This document shows positions 27,450 to 37,600 of a DNA stretch of 64,000 bases, piece after piece. Position numbers and translations under genes: made by a program. Source of the stretch: an uncultured Candidatus Saccharibacteria bacterium (lineage in GTDB: Bacteria; Patescibacteriota; Minisyncoccia; Phycocordibacterales; UBA918); the NCBI GenBank assembly GCA_964353135.1, contig CAYGTV010000001.1, forward strand, positions 309,497 through 373,496, read 5' to 3'. The notes beneath the pieces were generated by a model that worked only from the letters and a program-made list of their open reading frames with translations, was not told the origin of the DNA and ran no database searches. Within the stretch, counting starts at the first letter, position 1. Every line of letters starts with the position of its first letter.

Positions 27450-28394
27450 TTACCCTAACCGCTTACGTCTCATAAAGAGGAAGTACAGCACAGCAATCAA
27501 CAATGCAAAGATCGGTAGAAGTAGCGAGACCTTGTGAGCTATAGACAACCCTGCAAAGCCAAATCCTGCAGCTTGGACGGTACCATATGGCTGCACACTA
27601 AGAGTAAGGTCGCCTTCTTGCTTTAAATCGTCACCGTTAAACACACGATAGCGTGCAATGTAGCTTCCAGCCGGCAGCCTAGTTGGCAGTTCAGCAGTTA
27701 CTGTATCTGTATCGTATGGTGAGACTTTTGCTATTTTACCTATGTTTTGCACTTCTTCGAGCAGAGCTTGGCCTGAGCGATCAAATATCCTAAATTCAAC
27801 TCGTGACGGAGAAATGTCAACGTTACCAGTATTTTCAATCAGCATATCAAACCGGATTTTACCTGGGAAAAACAACCAACCAAATTTAGTTCCTTCATTG
27901 AGTTCAGCAACCGAGATTTTTCTAACCCTGAAGTCTTCTATCTGCCTATCAATAACAGTCAAGGCAATGTCTACACGAGCACCAAGCGAGATGTTAACTG
28001 AACCACGAGCGATGTCTTCATTCGCTGGCAGAGTTCTAATACGGATCGAACCAGTATATTCTTTGAATTCAGCGTCAGCTGGTACAAGCACACGTACGGT
28101 CATAGGAACTTTCTGTAGTCCTGAGGGTAGCTGTATCGGTGTTCCTTCAACAATCTCAAGCCATCCAGCTAGCTCCGGAGCGTCGATGACTATCTCCGCT
28201 TGCTGAGGAGCGGTTGGATCGCTACGAACCAAAAGAATCTGTTGTTCGTAGATTGAATTTCGTGTAAGGCTAGTATTCTTTACGTAGGGCGGTGTAATAC
28301 CAAATCCGGCGTGCACCTTAGCTACCCCCAGGCTCGCAAAGAGAACAGGTACAAGACAAAAAAGCACTAGGAACGTACGGAGTAACCCATTCAT
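27450..28394 (-). CDS. DUF916/DUF3324-like protein with C-terminal TM anchor
   Basis: Signal peptide; FGITPPYV; VLVPADAEFKEYTGSI; IENTGNVDISP; GSYIARY; TM then RRKR. Confidence 0.7.
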   Translation of the reverse strand: MNGLLRTFLVLFCLVPVLFASLGVAKVHAGFGITPPYVKNTSLTRNSIYEQQILLVRSDPTAPQQAEIVIDAPELAGWLEIVEGTPIQLPSGLQKVPMTVRVLVPADAEFKEYTGSIRIRTLPANEDIARGSVNISLGARVDIALTVIDRQIEDFRVRKISVAELNEGTKFGWLFFPGKIRFDMLIENTGNVDISPSRVEFRIFDRSGQALLEEVQNIGKIAKVSPYDTDTVTAELPTRLPAGSYIARYRVFNGDDLKQEGDLTLSVQPYGTVQAAGFGFAGLSIAHKVSLLLPIFALLIAVLYFLFMRRKRLG

Positions 28395-28433
28395 ATCAGT
28401 CCTACCATTATCCGCAAAAAAACCTTAAATAGC

Positions 28434-28464
28434 AACAACCTCCGTTGGGATAACGGAGGTTGTT
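28434..28464 (-). terminator. 13-bp perfect hairpin after the 644-aa gene
   Basis: aacaacctccgtt-gggat-aacggaggttgtt. Confidence 0.7.
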
Positions 28465-28485
28465 TTTCTGCTTTTTTGTTGCTTA

Positions 28486-30420
28486 TTATTGCCAGTCGAC
28501 TGCTTCAGCTGTCACACCAAAGAATGTGTTGAGTCCTGTATAGGCCCCGGCCACATTAATCGCACTCGGTACCGCGATACCCCAGAATGTTTCATCTGTC
28601 TCTGGTGTTGTCGTACTAGTAGACTTGATTACGTTAAGTTCTAGCTCGGCTGGTAGAGCAACCGTTGTGGTTGGTAGGGTTTGAGCAAACGGACTGATGT
28701 AGGATACGGCTGTTGTGGCAAATTTTTGGTTTGAAGTAAAGATAGTCGACGTACCATTCAAAGAACAGTCAGACGATGAGGATACAAAACCTGGACACAT
28801 CGCTGAACCATCCAACAATTGGTCAATCCCGGTGTTACCAATGTTGATGATTGTTGTAGAGGTACTTAATGTTCCTGTGTTATCACCTGGAGCTAGTGCT
28901 CCATATGGGATAACCGCTGTTAGCAAATCAATATACGGTGCACTAGTTAAATCTACCGGGAAATCAGTAGCCACTTGAGAACTTGTTGCAAAGTTATCAT
29001 CTGCGCCTGCAACAGCTGCGATCCATGCGTCTCCAGCAAACGAAGCGGGGGTATTTGGCCCAGCGTCTGTTGGATCAGCCAAGAACCAAAGTGGGAACGT
29101 ACAGTTAAATACTTGGGTCTCATCTGTTGGACCGGTACAACTTGTGCTAGATGCTGTACACGATAGCTGCCAGACATCAAACGGTACTCCGTTAGTGTAA
29201 CAACCGTTTGGGTTGTAATCAGCATTTTGCGGATTACAGTTAGTTGATGTTGAGTAAGCACCAGATGGACCAGAGCGTAATACAGATACCTCAAACCCTA
29301 CAATTTCATCACCCGCAGAGGCATTTTCACAACTGTTCGCGTCTGAGACTGTAAAGTCTAATCTAAAGCCAGTCGTTGTACCTCCTGGTGACGTTAATGT
29401 TAGATCACCAACTCCATCAGTGTCTGCAAGGAAGATGTCACTACCCTGGAGCGTCGGTGCGACGTTTGCTACTTCAAAGTTGGCTTGAATTGGGTTTGCT
29501 GCAGCTTCATGTCCATGCTCATCAAGTAGGAATACAAATGCGTCATACACACGGTCACGAACTGGAATTGCTATGGTTGTTGTAGCGGTAACGTTAGGGT
29601 TTGCTGGTACAGAAGTTGAGGCAATAAAGTTAGCATCACAGTCGTTTGTCACAGGATTATAGTCGATAGCGGCACCACAAACTACGATTGTCATAGTGTC
29701 TGTTCCACCAACAGTGTCAGGATCCGATGAGGTTGAGAGGAATGTTAGAAGTGCACCAGGATCTACTGGTCCATCGTTGTACGCGTTAGTTAGTACCGGA
29801 CGGCTGTTTACGTTAAATGGTGAAGAACTTGATGCTCCAGGTCCAAATAGCCCTTGTGATGGCGTTGGGTTACATTCAGCTTGTACCGGATCGTCATCAC
29901 ATACCCACGCGTACCATTCGTTACTTTCAGCAAACAGTGACGCTGTGGCAGCATCAACTGTAGTTGTTGCAGCAAAGGCAGCTTGCAGGTTAGTGGTTGA
30001 GGCAGATACGGCCCATTGAATTGCTCCTACCCCACATTCAGGAGGTGCAGTTCCAAGAGAGCTTGGGTTAGCAGCTTCATTTGCAGTAGGTGTCGCGTTT
30101 GTACTACACACCAAGAGGAAGTATGGTGCGCCGTTACTGTCGTTGCCTACTGCTGTCCACTGAATCACATCACCAGAGTTAGTTGGACTTGTCGTCGAAG
30201 AAGGTATTACCTCTGTTGGAAGAGTATCAAACGTTGGAGGTGTGTTTAGCACAGTCAAACTGGTGGTTGCAGTCTGTGCGGATACTCGTTGGAATTCTTG
30301 TTGACCAACATCCACCATAAAGGCAAATAGAAAGACAGCTAGACCAGCGACGGCTGCTAGGACTGATATTTTACCGGCTGTTTTCATATAATGTGGGAAG
30401 GCTTCTTTGTTGTACGACAT
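28486..30420 (-). CDS. Secreted Cys-containing multi-domain protein; candidate major surface/fibre subunit B
   Basis: Signal peptide. The C-terminal half (ADPTD...IPYG...NIGN...FWGIAVP...YTGLNTF) is homologous to the C-terminus of the 8058-aa protein. It has its own TACAAT (30448-30453) and a downstream hairpin. Confidence 0.85.
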   Translation of the reverse strand: MSYNKEAFPHYMKTAGKISVLAAVAGLAVFLFAFMVDVGQQEFQRVSAQTATTSLTVLNTPPTFDTLPTEVIPSSTTSPTNSGDVIQWTAVGNDSNGAPYFLLVCSTNATPTANEAANPSSLGTAPPECGVGAIQWAVSASTTNLQAAFAATTTVDAATASLFAESNEWYAWVCDDDPVQAECNPTPSQGLFGPGASSSSPFNVNSRPVLTNAYNDGPVDPGALLTFLSTSSDPDTVGGTDTMTIVVCGAAIDYNPVTNDCDANFIASTSVPANPNVTATTTIAIPVRDRVYDAFVFLLDEHGHEAAANPIQANFEVANVAPTLQGSDIFLADTDGVGDLTLTSPGGTTTGFRLDFTVSDANSCENASAGDEIVGFEVSVLRSGPSGAYSTSTNCNPQNADYNPNGCYTNGVPFDVWQLSCTASSTSCTGPTDETQVFNCTFPLWFLADPTDAGPNTPASFAGDAWIAAVAGADDNFATSSQVATDFPVDLTSAPYIDLLTAVIPYGALAPGDNTGTLSTSTTIINIGNTGIDQLLDGSAMCPGFVSSSSDCSLNGTSTIFTSNQKFATTAVSYISPFAQTLPTTTVALPAELELNVIKSTSTTTPETDETFWGIAVPSAINVAGAYTGLNTFFGVTAEAVDWQ

Positions 30421-30513
30421 ATAATAAATATTACTAATTTCCTACTAATTGTACCGTTACTTTTGTGTACTGCTAGTGGTTATACACACGTTGTACACAG
30501 TACATAACAGCGA

Positions 30514-31728
30514 TTACTCATACCGGATTGCGTCGAGCGGGTTGAGAGTGGAAGCTCGCCTAGCGGGGAAAATTCCGGTTAAATACCCAACCCCGGCCGA
30601 GAAAATAGCAATAAATGCTAGGAAGTCTAGTGGAAATGAGAATAAACTCACGGCCTGACCCCCAAATTGACTTGCGACAATATTAAGGAATATATTTATA
30701 GCTAATCCGAACCCAACCCCCATGAGTATCCCTGTCACGCCCCCTAAGAACCCCACCACAACTGATTCAGACACAAACAGGTATTTAACATCATTTGGTG
30801 ATGCACCAATTGTCCTCATGATTCCGATCTCTTTGGTTCGCTCAAGCAACGTCACCGTCATGGTGTTAAACATTCCAATAGCAGACACAACTAAAGCAAT
30901 ACCTCCGAACGTGGCCAGAACTGCCTGCACCCCCTGAAAGATTTTTGAGGCTTGTTCAACAGTTTTAGAAAGTGCCGTAACGCGGAACCCTTGCTCTACC
31001 AATGCAGCTTCAACTAAGGGAAGACTCTCATTGTCTATGACATTAACCTGGACTCGTTCATATTCATCGATACCAACGTAGTTACGCAGTTCTGGAAGCA
31101 TCATCATAGCGTTAAGTGTTCCAGCTTCTTTGGTAATACCACGTACGATATATTCTTTCTCAAGGATAATCTCATTCACATCGTCACTACCATCATCAGC
31201 TGGTACCAACAATCTGAACGCTACCCGCTCTCCGATAAATGCCTCTGCGTCCTCGTCGGCAATCCCAAACAATTTGAGTGTAGCCGGAGAGAGCATCACT
31301 GAGGTGGTATCCTCAATATCCTCTTCTTCAAACACCTCACCATAACTTGCAGTAATACCGGCATACCTCAGGTACGGTGGCTCTACTCCCTGAATAAACA
31401 CATTACCAGTTAAGCCTTTGTAGGTTACTAGGGCTGGGAAACGTGCCAACGGTGCGGCGTCAACCACAGCCTCATTGTCTTCAAATCGACGCACCACGTC
31501 TGGTGTCAACGCTAAACCTTGAGCACCGGTTGCTGATACACCTAAAGACAACAATGAATCTCCAAACACGATCTGCTCTAGAATAATCTGCTGCAAACCA
31601 AAGCCAAGTCCTACTAAAATTACTACCGCAGCAGTTCCCACCCCCATACCTAAAATCGTTAACCACGTACGAAGTGGGTTAGTTTTAAACATTCGGGTAG
31701 ACAATTGTGCTAAATCTTGAACTCTCAT
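30514..31728 (-). CDS. MacB/FtsX-family ABC transporter permease
   Basis: RTWLTILGMGVG, GMFNTMTVTLLERTKEIGIMRTIGA, PARRASTLNPLDAIRYE. Confidence 0.95.
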   Translation of the reverse strand: MRVQDLAQLSTRMFKTNPLRTWLTILGMGVGTAAVVILVGLGFGLQQIILEQIVFGDSLLSLGVSATGAQGLALTPDVVRRFEDNEAVVDAAPLARFPALVTYKGLTGNVFIQGVEPPYLRYAGITASYGEVFEEEDIEDTTSVMLSPATLKLFGIADEDAEAFIGERVAFRLLVPADDGSDDVNEIILEKEYIVRGITKEAGTLNAMMMLPELRNYVGIDEYERVQVNVIDNESLPLVEAALVEQGFRVTALSKTVEQASKIFQGVQAVLATFGGIALVVSAIGMFNTMTVTLLERTKEIGIMRTIGASPNDVKYLFVSESVVVGFLGGVTGILMGVGFGLAINIFLNIVASQFGGQAVSLFSFPLDFLAFIAIFSAGVGYLTGIFPARRASTLNPLDAIRYE

Positions 31729-31729
31729 A

Positions 31730-33052
31730 TTATCCTTTGTAACTTACGTCTACTCCCTGGGCAATAATTTTTTCAAAGTAACGAGTCATATCGTCTGCTT
31801 CGGACTCACTGAGGCCTAAACCTTTTGACCTAACCCCTTTCATCAACCTCTCGTTTAATTCAGATTCATCAGCCACACCAGTCACGCGGTCAGCGATTAG
31901 TTCGGTCATATTGTCTTGTTGCTGCTTACTCATCTTGATTCGATGTTCCTGAGCCAAATGTTCTTGCATTCGTTCGGCTAGTTTATCCTGGGTAAAGAAT
32001 ACTGCGTCGTTATCTTTTTTAGCCCGGAATCGGCGGATATCATCAGCAGTATGAATCACTTTCTCTACCACGCCGGCCATGTGTCGCGCCTCTTTTTCAG
32101 ACACCTCTACCCCGCCACGCTCCATTGGTAGGATGAGGCTCTTGATGAAGTGTTCGCGATCAATTCGACCCTGCAAAAAGAGATCAACTGCGTGTTCAAG
32201 TCGACCAATTTGGTCAAAACTATAGTCCTGAGTCAAGAAATTGACCATACTTTTCACCCGCCAGGTTTCTACCGAGTCATACGGATATAACCGTGCAAGT
32301 TGTTCTAGTTCAGTGACAATCGTTTCGCCTTCGCGGACTGGTTTAATTTGCTTTCGCTGCGGGTTCACCACCTCGCGCAAAATTCGGCCGTCTTTTAGGT
32401 AGTACACCCGGTGAGCGTAACTGAGGTGAGCAGCGTTGTGAGACACCATAATAATCGTTCGCTTATCAAACGTATTAATCTCGTCAATCTTGTCCATCAC
32501 CTGCTGAGTAGATACTGAGTCAAGGTTACCGGTAGGTTCGTCTGCTAAGAGAATTTTAGGGTCATTAACCATTGACCTGGCTACCGATACACGCTGTTGC
32601 TGCCCCCCTGACAGCATCGCTGGGATCTTGTGGGAGACGTGCCCTACACCAAAGCGGTCGAGTAGTGATTGAGCTCGACGCTCTCGTGTCGCTCGGTCGG
32701 CATTACAAAAAATCATCGGCAGCGCTACGTTGTCGAGCACTGACAAAGACATAATCAGGTTGAAAGACTGGAAAATAATACCCATCACGTGACGCTGGAA
32801 ATATACCCGCTCTGAAGGTGGATAAGAATACACGTCATCTCCTTTCACGAGCAGAGTCCCCTCACCTGGCGGCAATGATCCCTGGATCGAATACATGAGT
32901 GTGGATTTACCACAACCAGACGGCCCAAACAAAATAATGTACTCACCCTCAAAAATATCAGTGTTAACCCCAGTAAGAGCCTTGAATTCATTGGACTTTC
33001 CTTGGTTATAAATGATCGAAAGATCACGTGCTACGATGAAAGGTTTTGCCAT
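31730..33052 (-). CDS. MacB/LolD-family ABC ATPase with ~200-aa C-terminal extension
   Basis: [31 protein letters not shown]. Start taken at MAKPF. Confidence 0.95.
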   Translation of the reverse strand: MAKPFIVARDLSIIYNQGKSNEFKALTGVNTDIFEGEYIILFGPSGCGKSTLMYSIQGSLPPGEGTLLVKGDDVYSYPPSERVYFQRHVMGIIFQSFNLIMSLSVLDNVALPMIFCNADRATRERRAQSLLDRFGVGHVSHKIPAMLSGGQQQRVSVARSMVNDPKILLADEPTGNLDSVSTQQVMDKIDEINTFDKRTIIMVSHNAAHLSYAHRVYYLKDGRILREVVNPQRKQIKPVREGETIVTELEQLARLYPYDSVETWRVKSMVNFLTQDYSFDQIGRLEHAVDLFLQGRIDREHFIKSLILPMERGGVEVSEKEARHMAGVVEKVIHTADDIRRFRAKKDNDAVFFTQDKLAERMQEHLAQEHRIKMSKQQQDNMTELIADRVTGVADESELNERLMKGVRSKGLGLSESEADDMTRYFEKIIAQGVDVSYKG

Positions 33053-33053
33053 A

Positions 33054-34652
33054 CTACGCGCCGATGTTTTGAACCCATCCGAAGGTCGCTTCGAAGTTTT
33101 CAAGGATTAAGTCAATAATGTTTTTTTCCTGTATTGGTGTAAACAACACAAAGTTCTCAGACTGAATACTATTGCCAGCCTCATCGCTACATGTGATGTA
33201 GAACTGGTATACAGTGGCCGGTCCAAAATCAACTACTACTTCCACGTGTGACGTACTGTATTGAATCAATTCCTTCTCAACCGTAAACGGTTCGGTACCG
33301 CCAGCTACACCCTCCTGGTATGTCAGCAGACAGGACGATGGTTCATCGGTATCCCACTCTATAATGGTCTGAATGCGAGACTCACTACCAGGAAATAGAG
33401 TCGATTCGTTAGTCACATTAGTAATAATAGGCGCCGCAATGTCACGCACTGTAATAAACTGAATTGGCTGACTTTTTACTCGGTCACCACCTGAGTTTTC
33501 AGACGTAACAAATGCTACGTACCGCGTTCCCAGAGTCAGGTCAGCCAGCCGCATTTGGTGAGTCGTAGCGAGCGTTGGGCGACCAACCGAGTTCTGAGCA
33601 CCAGTGGTTAAATCCTGGAATTCCACGAGTGCCTTGGCTGGTACAGTGGTTTCCCACGCTAGGGTGGCAGCGTCTTCTTCAACTTTGACTACTCGTAGGT
33701 TTCGAATATCAGGAGCGGTGGCTTTGGTTTGAAAGGTAAAGTTTCGACTTTCCCCGGTTATGCCCACTTCGTCAGTAGAAATGACCTTGAAGCTGTAGTC
33801 AGTAAAGGGATCTAGTCCAATGAGGCGAATTTCGTGCTCAGTTGTATTCCCGCCGGTAGATGACTGAGAAAATTCATAATTTACACCATCAAACCCATTG
33901 GAGGCTGAAAAGCGCACTTCTGAGCTGGCTGCGCGGTCAGTCGTCCATTTGACTAGCGCCGAAGTAGTTTCAGGAATAACAGTTGGTGGACCGACGATCG
34001 TCAGGTCTTCGGTAATTCCTTGGATGGCTTTGACTGTTTCATTTATAATTTCTTGTAACTTTTGTGGGTCTGTAATTTGGTTAATTTGTTCGATAATCCG
34101 TAGTGTTGCCAAAGAGTCATTATTGAGCTCTTCGGTAGTAATTTGTGACTCTGGATCAGGTCGATTACCATCACCCTGCCCAGTACCATCATTTGGACCA
34201 TTTCCATTATTTTCTCCGGTTCCAGCTTGTGGTGGACCACTGGTTTCAATTCTGTAGTCAGCTGAGATTCCTTGGTTTCCGTTTTCGTCTGCCGAGACAA
34301 CCCGAAAATAGTAGGTTCGACCAGCCTCTAGTCCGTCGAGAGTGACTGAGTGTTCTGTTCGGTCAGTTTCGGGAATACGGACAATACCGTAGTTTGGCTG
34401 CAAGCCATAGTTAACAGCTGAGTCAGCCTCTTCATCAGTTTCCCAGGTAATAGTGACGCTCGTTTCGGTAACGTTTGTAATTTGCAGGTTGTCAATTTCA
34501 GGAGCTTCTCGATCGTTTGACTGAGCAATTACAAATTGCGGCATTAAACTCGCCATCAGCAATGTGACACAGAGAAGAGGTGTGATTAAAGATCGAGTTT
34601 GCATTACTGTAATCGTATCACGGACAGCTCGTTGTTTAGTTGAGTAATTCAT
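33054..34652 (-). CDS. Secreted fibronectin type III repeat protein
   Basis: Four FN3-like repeats (ITWETDE...HSVTLDGLEAGRTYYFRVVSAD); Gly/Asn linker. Confidence 0.85.
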   Translation of the reverse strand: MNYSTKQRAVRDTITVMQTRSLITPLLCVTLLMASLMPQFVIAQSNDREAPEIDNLQITNVTETSVTITWETDEEADSAVNYGLQPNYGIVRIPETDRTEHSVTLDGLEAGRTYYFRVVSADENGNQGISADYRIETSGPPQAGTGENNGNGPNDGTGQGDGNRPDPESQITTEELNNDSLATLRIIEQINQITDPQKLQEIINETVKAIQGITEDLTIVGPPTVIPETTSALVKWTTDRAASSEVRFSASNGFDGVNYEFSQSSTGGNTTEHEIRLIGLDPFTDYSFKVISTDEVGITGESRNFTFQTKATAPDIRNLRVVKVEEDAATLAWETTVPAKALVEFQDLTTGAQNSVGRPTLATTHQMRLADLTLGTRYVAFVTSENSGGDRVKSQPIQFITVRDIAAPIITNVTNESTLFPGSESRIQTIIEWDTDEPSSCLLTYQEGVAGGTEPFTVEKELIQYSTSHVEVVVDFGPATVYQFYITCSDEAGNSIQSENFVLFTPIQEKNIIDLILENFEATFGWVQNIGA

Positions 34653-34655
34653 AGG

Positions 34656-37600
34656 TTAATCAGTGATAGCCATAAAGAAGTTGGTTCCTGTATGTGGTGA
34701 ACTTGCTGTACCAAACGGAACCTCAATCCCCCAGTAAATTTGATCACTAACAACCGGAGTGCTGGCTACAGGTTTTTGTAGGTCAACTTCTAAATCAGCC
34801 CCTGTCACAGCTAGTGTTGAGCATCCGATACACGCAGCATAGTCAAACGTTGAGGTTGAGTAGCGCTGTTGAGCTGCTGGGATAACCGAGGTAATACCAT
34901 CAGTCATGTCGGTTCCAGCAACCTGTACGTCAAGTGATTCGTTACCCAGGTTGACTAGCGTCACAAATGGATTGAACGCTCCCGTGTTCTGGTTGATGTC
35001 TACAGTCCCATAAGCAATGGCATTTTGAACATCGAGAGCTCGAAGTGTTAGGACATCAACCCCAACTGAACTACCAAAGGTATTTGCTCCAGAAAGATCT
35101 TCAACCTCCATAAATGCAAACCACTCTTGAGCACCATCCTCATCTGTAGGGTCTGCGTGGTAAGCAAACGGCGCTTCACAGATCAGTGAACATGAGTTGC
35201 CAGAACAATTAACGTAGCTACATGAGCTGGTGGCGATATAACAGTTGTTGTCATCGGGTGTACAGGCTGCCCCAACAGATGTCTTGTAGAAGGTAGTGGT
35301 GGCTGAACCAAGATCGGCAAATCCGTTAAAGTCAGTCACTGTACTTGAAGCTATAATCGTGGTTGTGGCACCTGGAGTCAGACTGATGTCAAATCCATCA
35401 TTGAGTGTTACGGCTGAAATAATTGGATCAAATGCCAGCGTTAACTCTGGGAGATTGCTGTATGAATCCAGGGTAGAGCCATCATCAGTCACCCGGAAGC
35501 AGTATGCGTCATTGCTGGCATTAGCAGTCAGTTGCAAGGCGTATTCTAGCTCTGTGTATCGGTTTTGATCGAGGTCATAGAGAGATGTTTGGTTACTTGG
35601 ACTAGTTACAATTTCTCCAGCTGCAAAATCACCAGCATCAGTGACTAGGTGGTCTGTGGTCGGGTCACCGTTGGTGACGTTTGGCGAAGTAGCCATACAA
35701 ATTGCGCTACTTCCACAGCTTGCAATGTTAGGAACTTCTATGTAATTAGCCGGATTAACTGCTTCACAGGTTGGAGCGGTCAGCTTAGGAGCGAATTCTA
35801 GCTGGAACCGTTGGTTTTCAATCGGCAGTCCTGAGTTTTCAATCGCAAGTCGCAAACGGGCAGTCTCTCCAATCAAGTACCCCCCAGTTGGAGTGTTTTG
35901 AGGATTTGCCCATGTAGCACCTCCATCAACTTGTTTATCTCCCACATATACCCGCGGCCTGGTTTCGGTACGAGGATACGCTACATAGCTATCCCAACCA
36001 CCATTTTGGAACCAGTATGCAAATCCGATGCCACCAGATGTATATGTACTGTCAGTTGCAGTTGTGGTTGCAACCAATTGCCCGGTTGATTCAAAGTACA
36101 CTGCGACGTCGATTGTGTCGTCAGTTTCCCAATCAACGTAGAACTCATACCAACCAGATCCAAACGATCCACTGGTAAAGTTTGCTGGTGATGTGCCTAG
36201 AATTGTTCCAGAGAACTCTGTATTGGCTACGTTACGTACTATAGAGATTCGGTCAGTTCCGATCTGATCAGTACAAATTGCATAGTTTTGATTACTTGCA
36301 ACGGATCCATTTGATGCAAAGATAGTACAAACTTCATCTCCGGTTCCAGAAACAGTATCGATATACTGCATAAATCTAATCGTTTGACCTTGTGAGACAG
36401 TTACATCACTTCGTGCGATTCCGTCAGTTGTTCGATCACCAGTGTTCACAGCTCGCAATGCAAACCCTCCACCATAGGCAGGAGCACCGTTATCAAGCGC
36501 ACTTTCAGTCTCAAAACGAGCAATGTCTCCAGTACCACCGGTGTATTCAGCAATATCATTGTCTTCAAAATCTTCTATCACATCAAAGACGTTTGCACCA
36601 TTACTAGTTGAGGTTGCAGAAACATTTCCGAAATACATGTAGAACTCTGACACACTGTCAGCAGGAAGAGTTGGAGCTTTGATCCAAACAACTGCGTCAG
36701 TGCCGCTGTTGAATGCTTCAATCCAATGGTCAACCAAGGTTACTCCATCCGCAGCTGTAAACCGCAGATCTTCAAAGTCTGACTGCATATCTGCATCATA
36801 TGCTACCGGAATTTTTACAGCGGTGTTTGTGTAAGTCGCAGGATCATCGTTTACGACTCGCACTCGTTGACGAGCTGACCAGTCAGTATCAAACCACTCA
36901 CTATCTAGAGCACCTTCACCTCCGTCATCGTTGCGCCAACGGTAGTTTGTTTGTTCAGTTAGTAGACATTCACTGTCGTCCCAACGGATTGAACTACAAT
37001 CATCCACCCCGTCAACATCAAACGCCTCACCCCAAAGGTTACCGAGCGAACCAGTAAAGCTCCAACTGTTAGTAGTAGTTGCATCAAGCGAAACGTTTAC
37101 TCCGCCAGTGAAGCCACCAGTAGCAAATCCGGTGTTGGCTACCACTACCGAAGCATTGTTATTGATAACACCTGAGACGAGTGTAATGAGGTTTGTGTTA
37201 TTAGCCGCCTGCGTAAAGTAGCCGTTACTGAGTGAAGTAACATTGGTCGTACCAGATATATCTAGTCCGTTTGCAGTTAAATCAGTGATGTTATAGAAGT
37301 TCGCGTTGAGTGTTCCGCTAGTAGCTATCAGATCATATGCGCCGACTCCCTGGTTTTGTACTGACGTGCTAGCCGTTAGAGTACCAACTATCTGCAGACT
37401 GCCACCAGCTAGAGTCACCGCTGAACTACTTGCAATGTACACATTGGCTTGTCGTGGTGACCCGATCACAGCACCGTCAAAGTCAGTAGCAGCGCTCCAG
37501 TATTCGGTTGTGGTTCCAATACGGTAATCGCCATAAATGTAGAGATCGCCATCAACCCCTGCATGATCCTGAGAGTAGAACGACGAAGTTACTGGCACAT

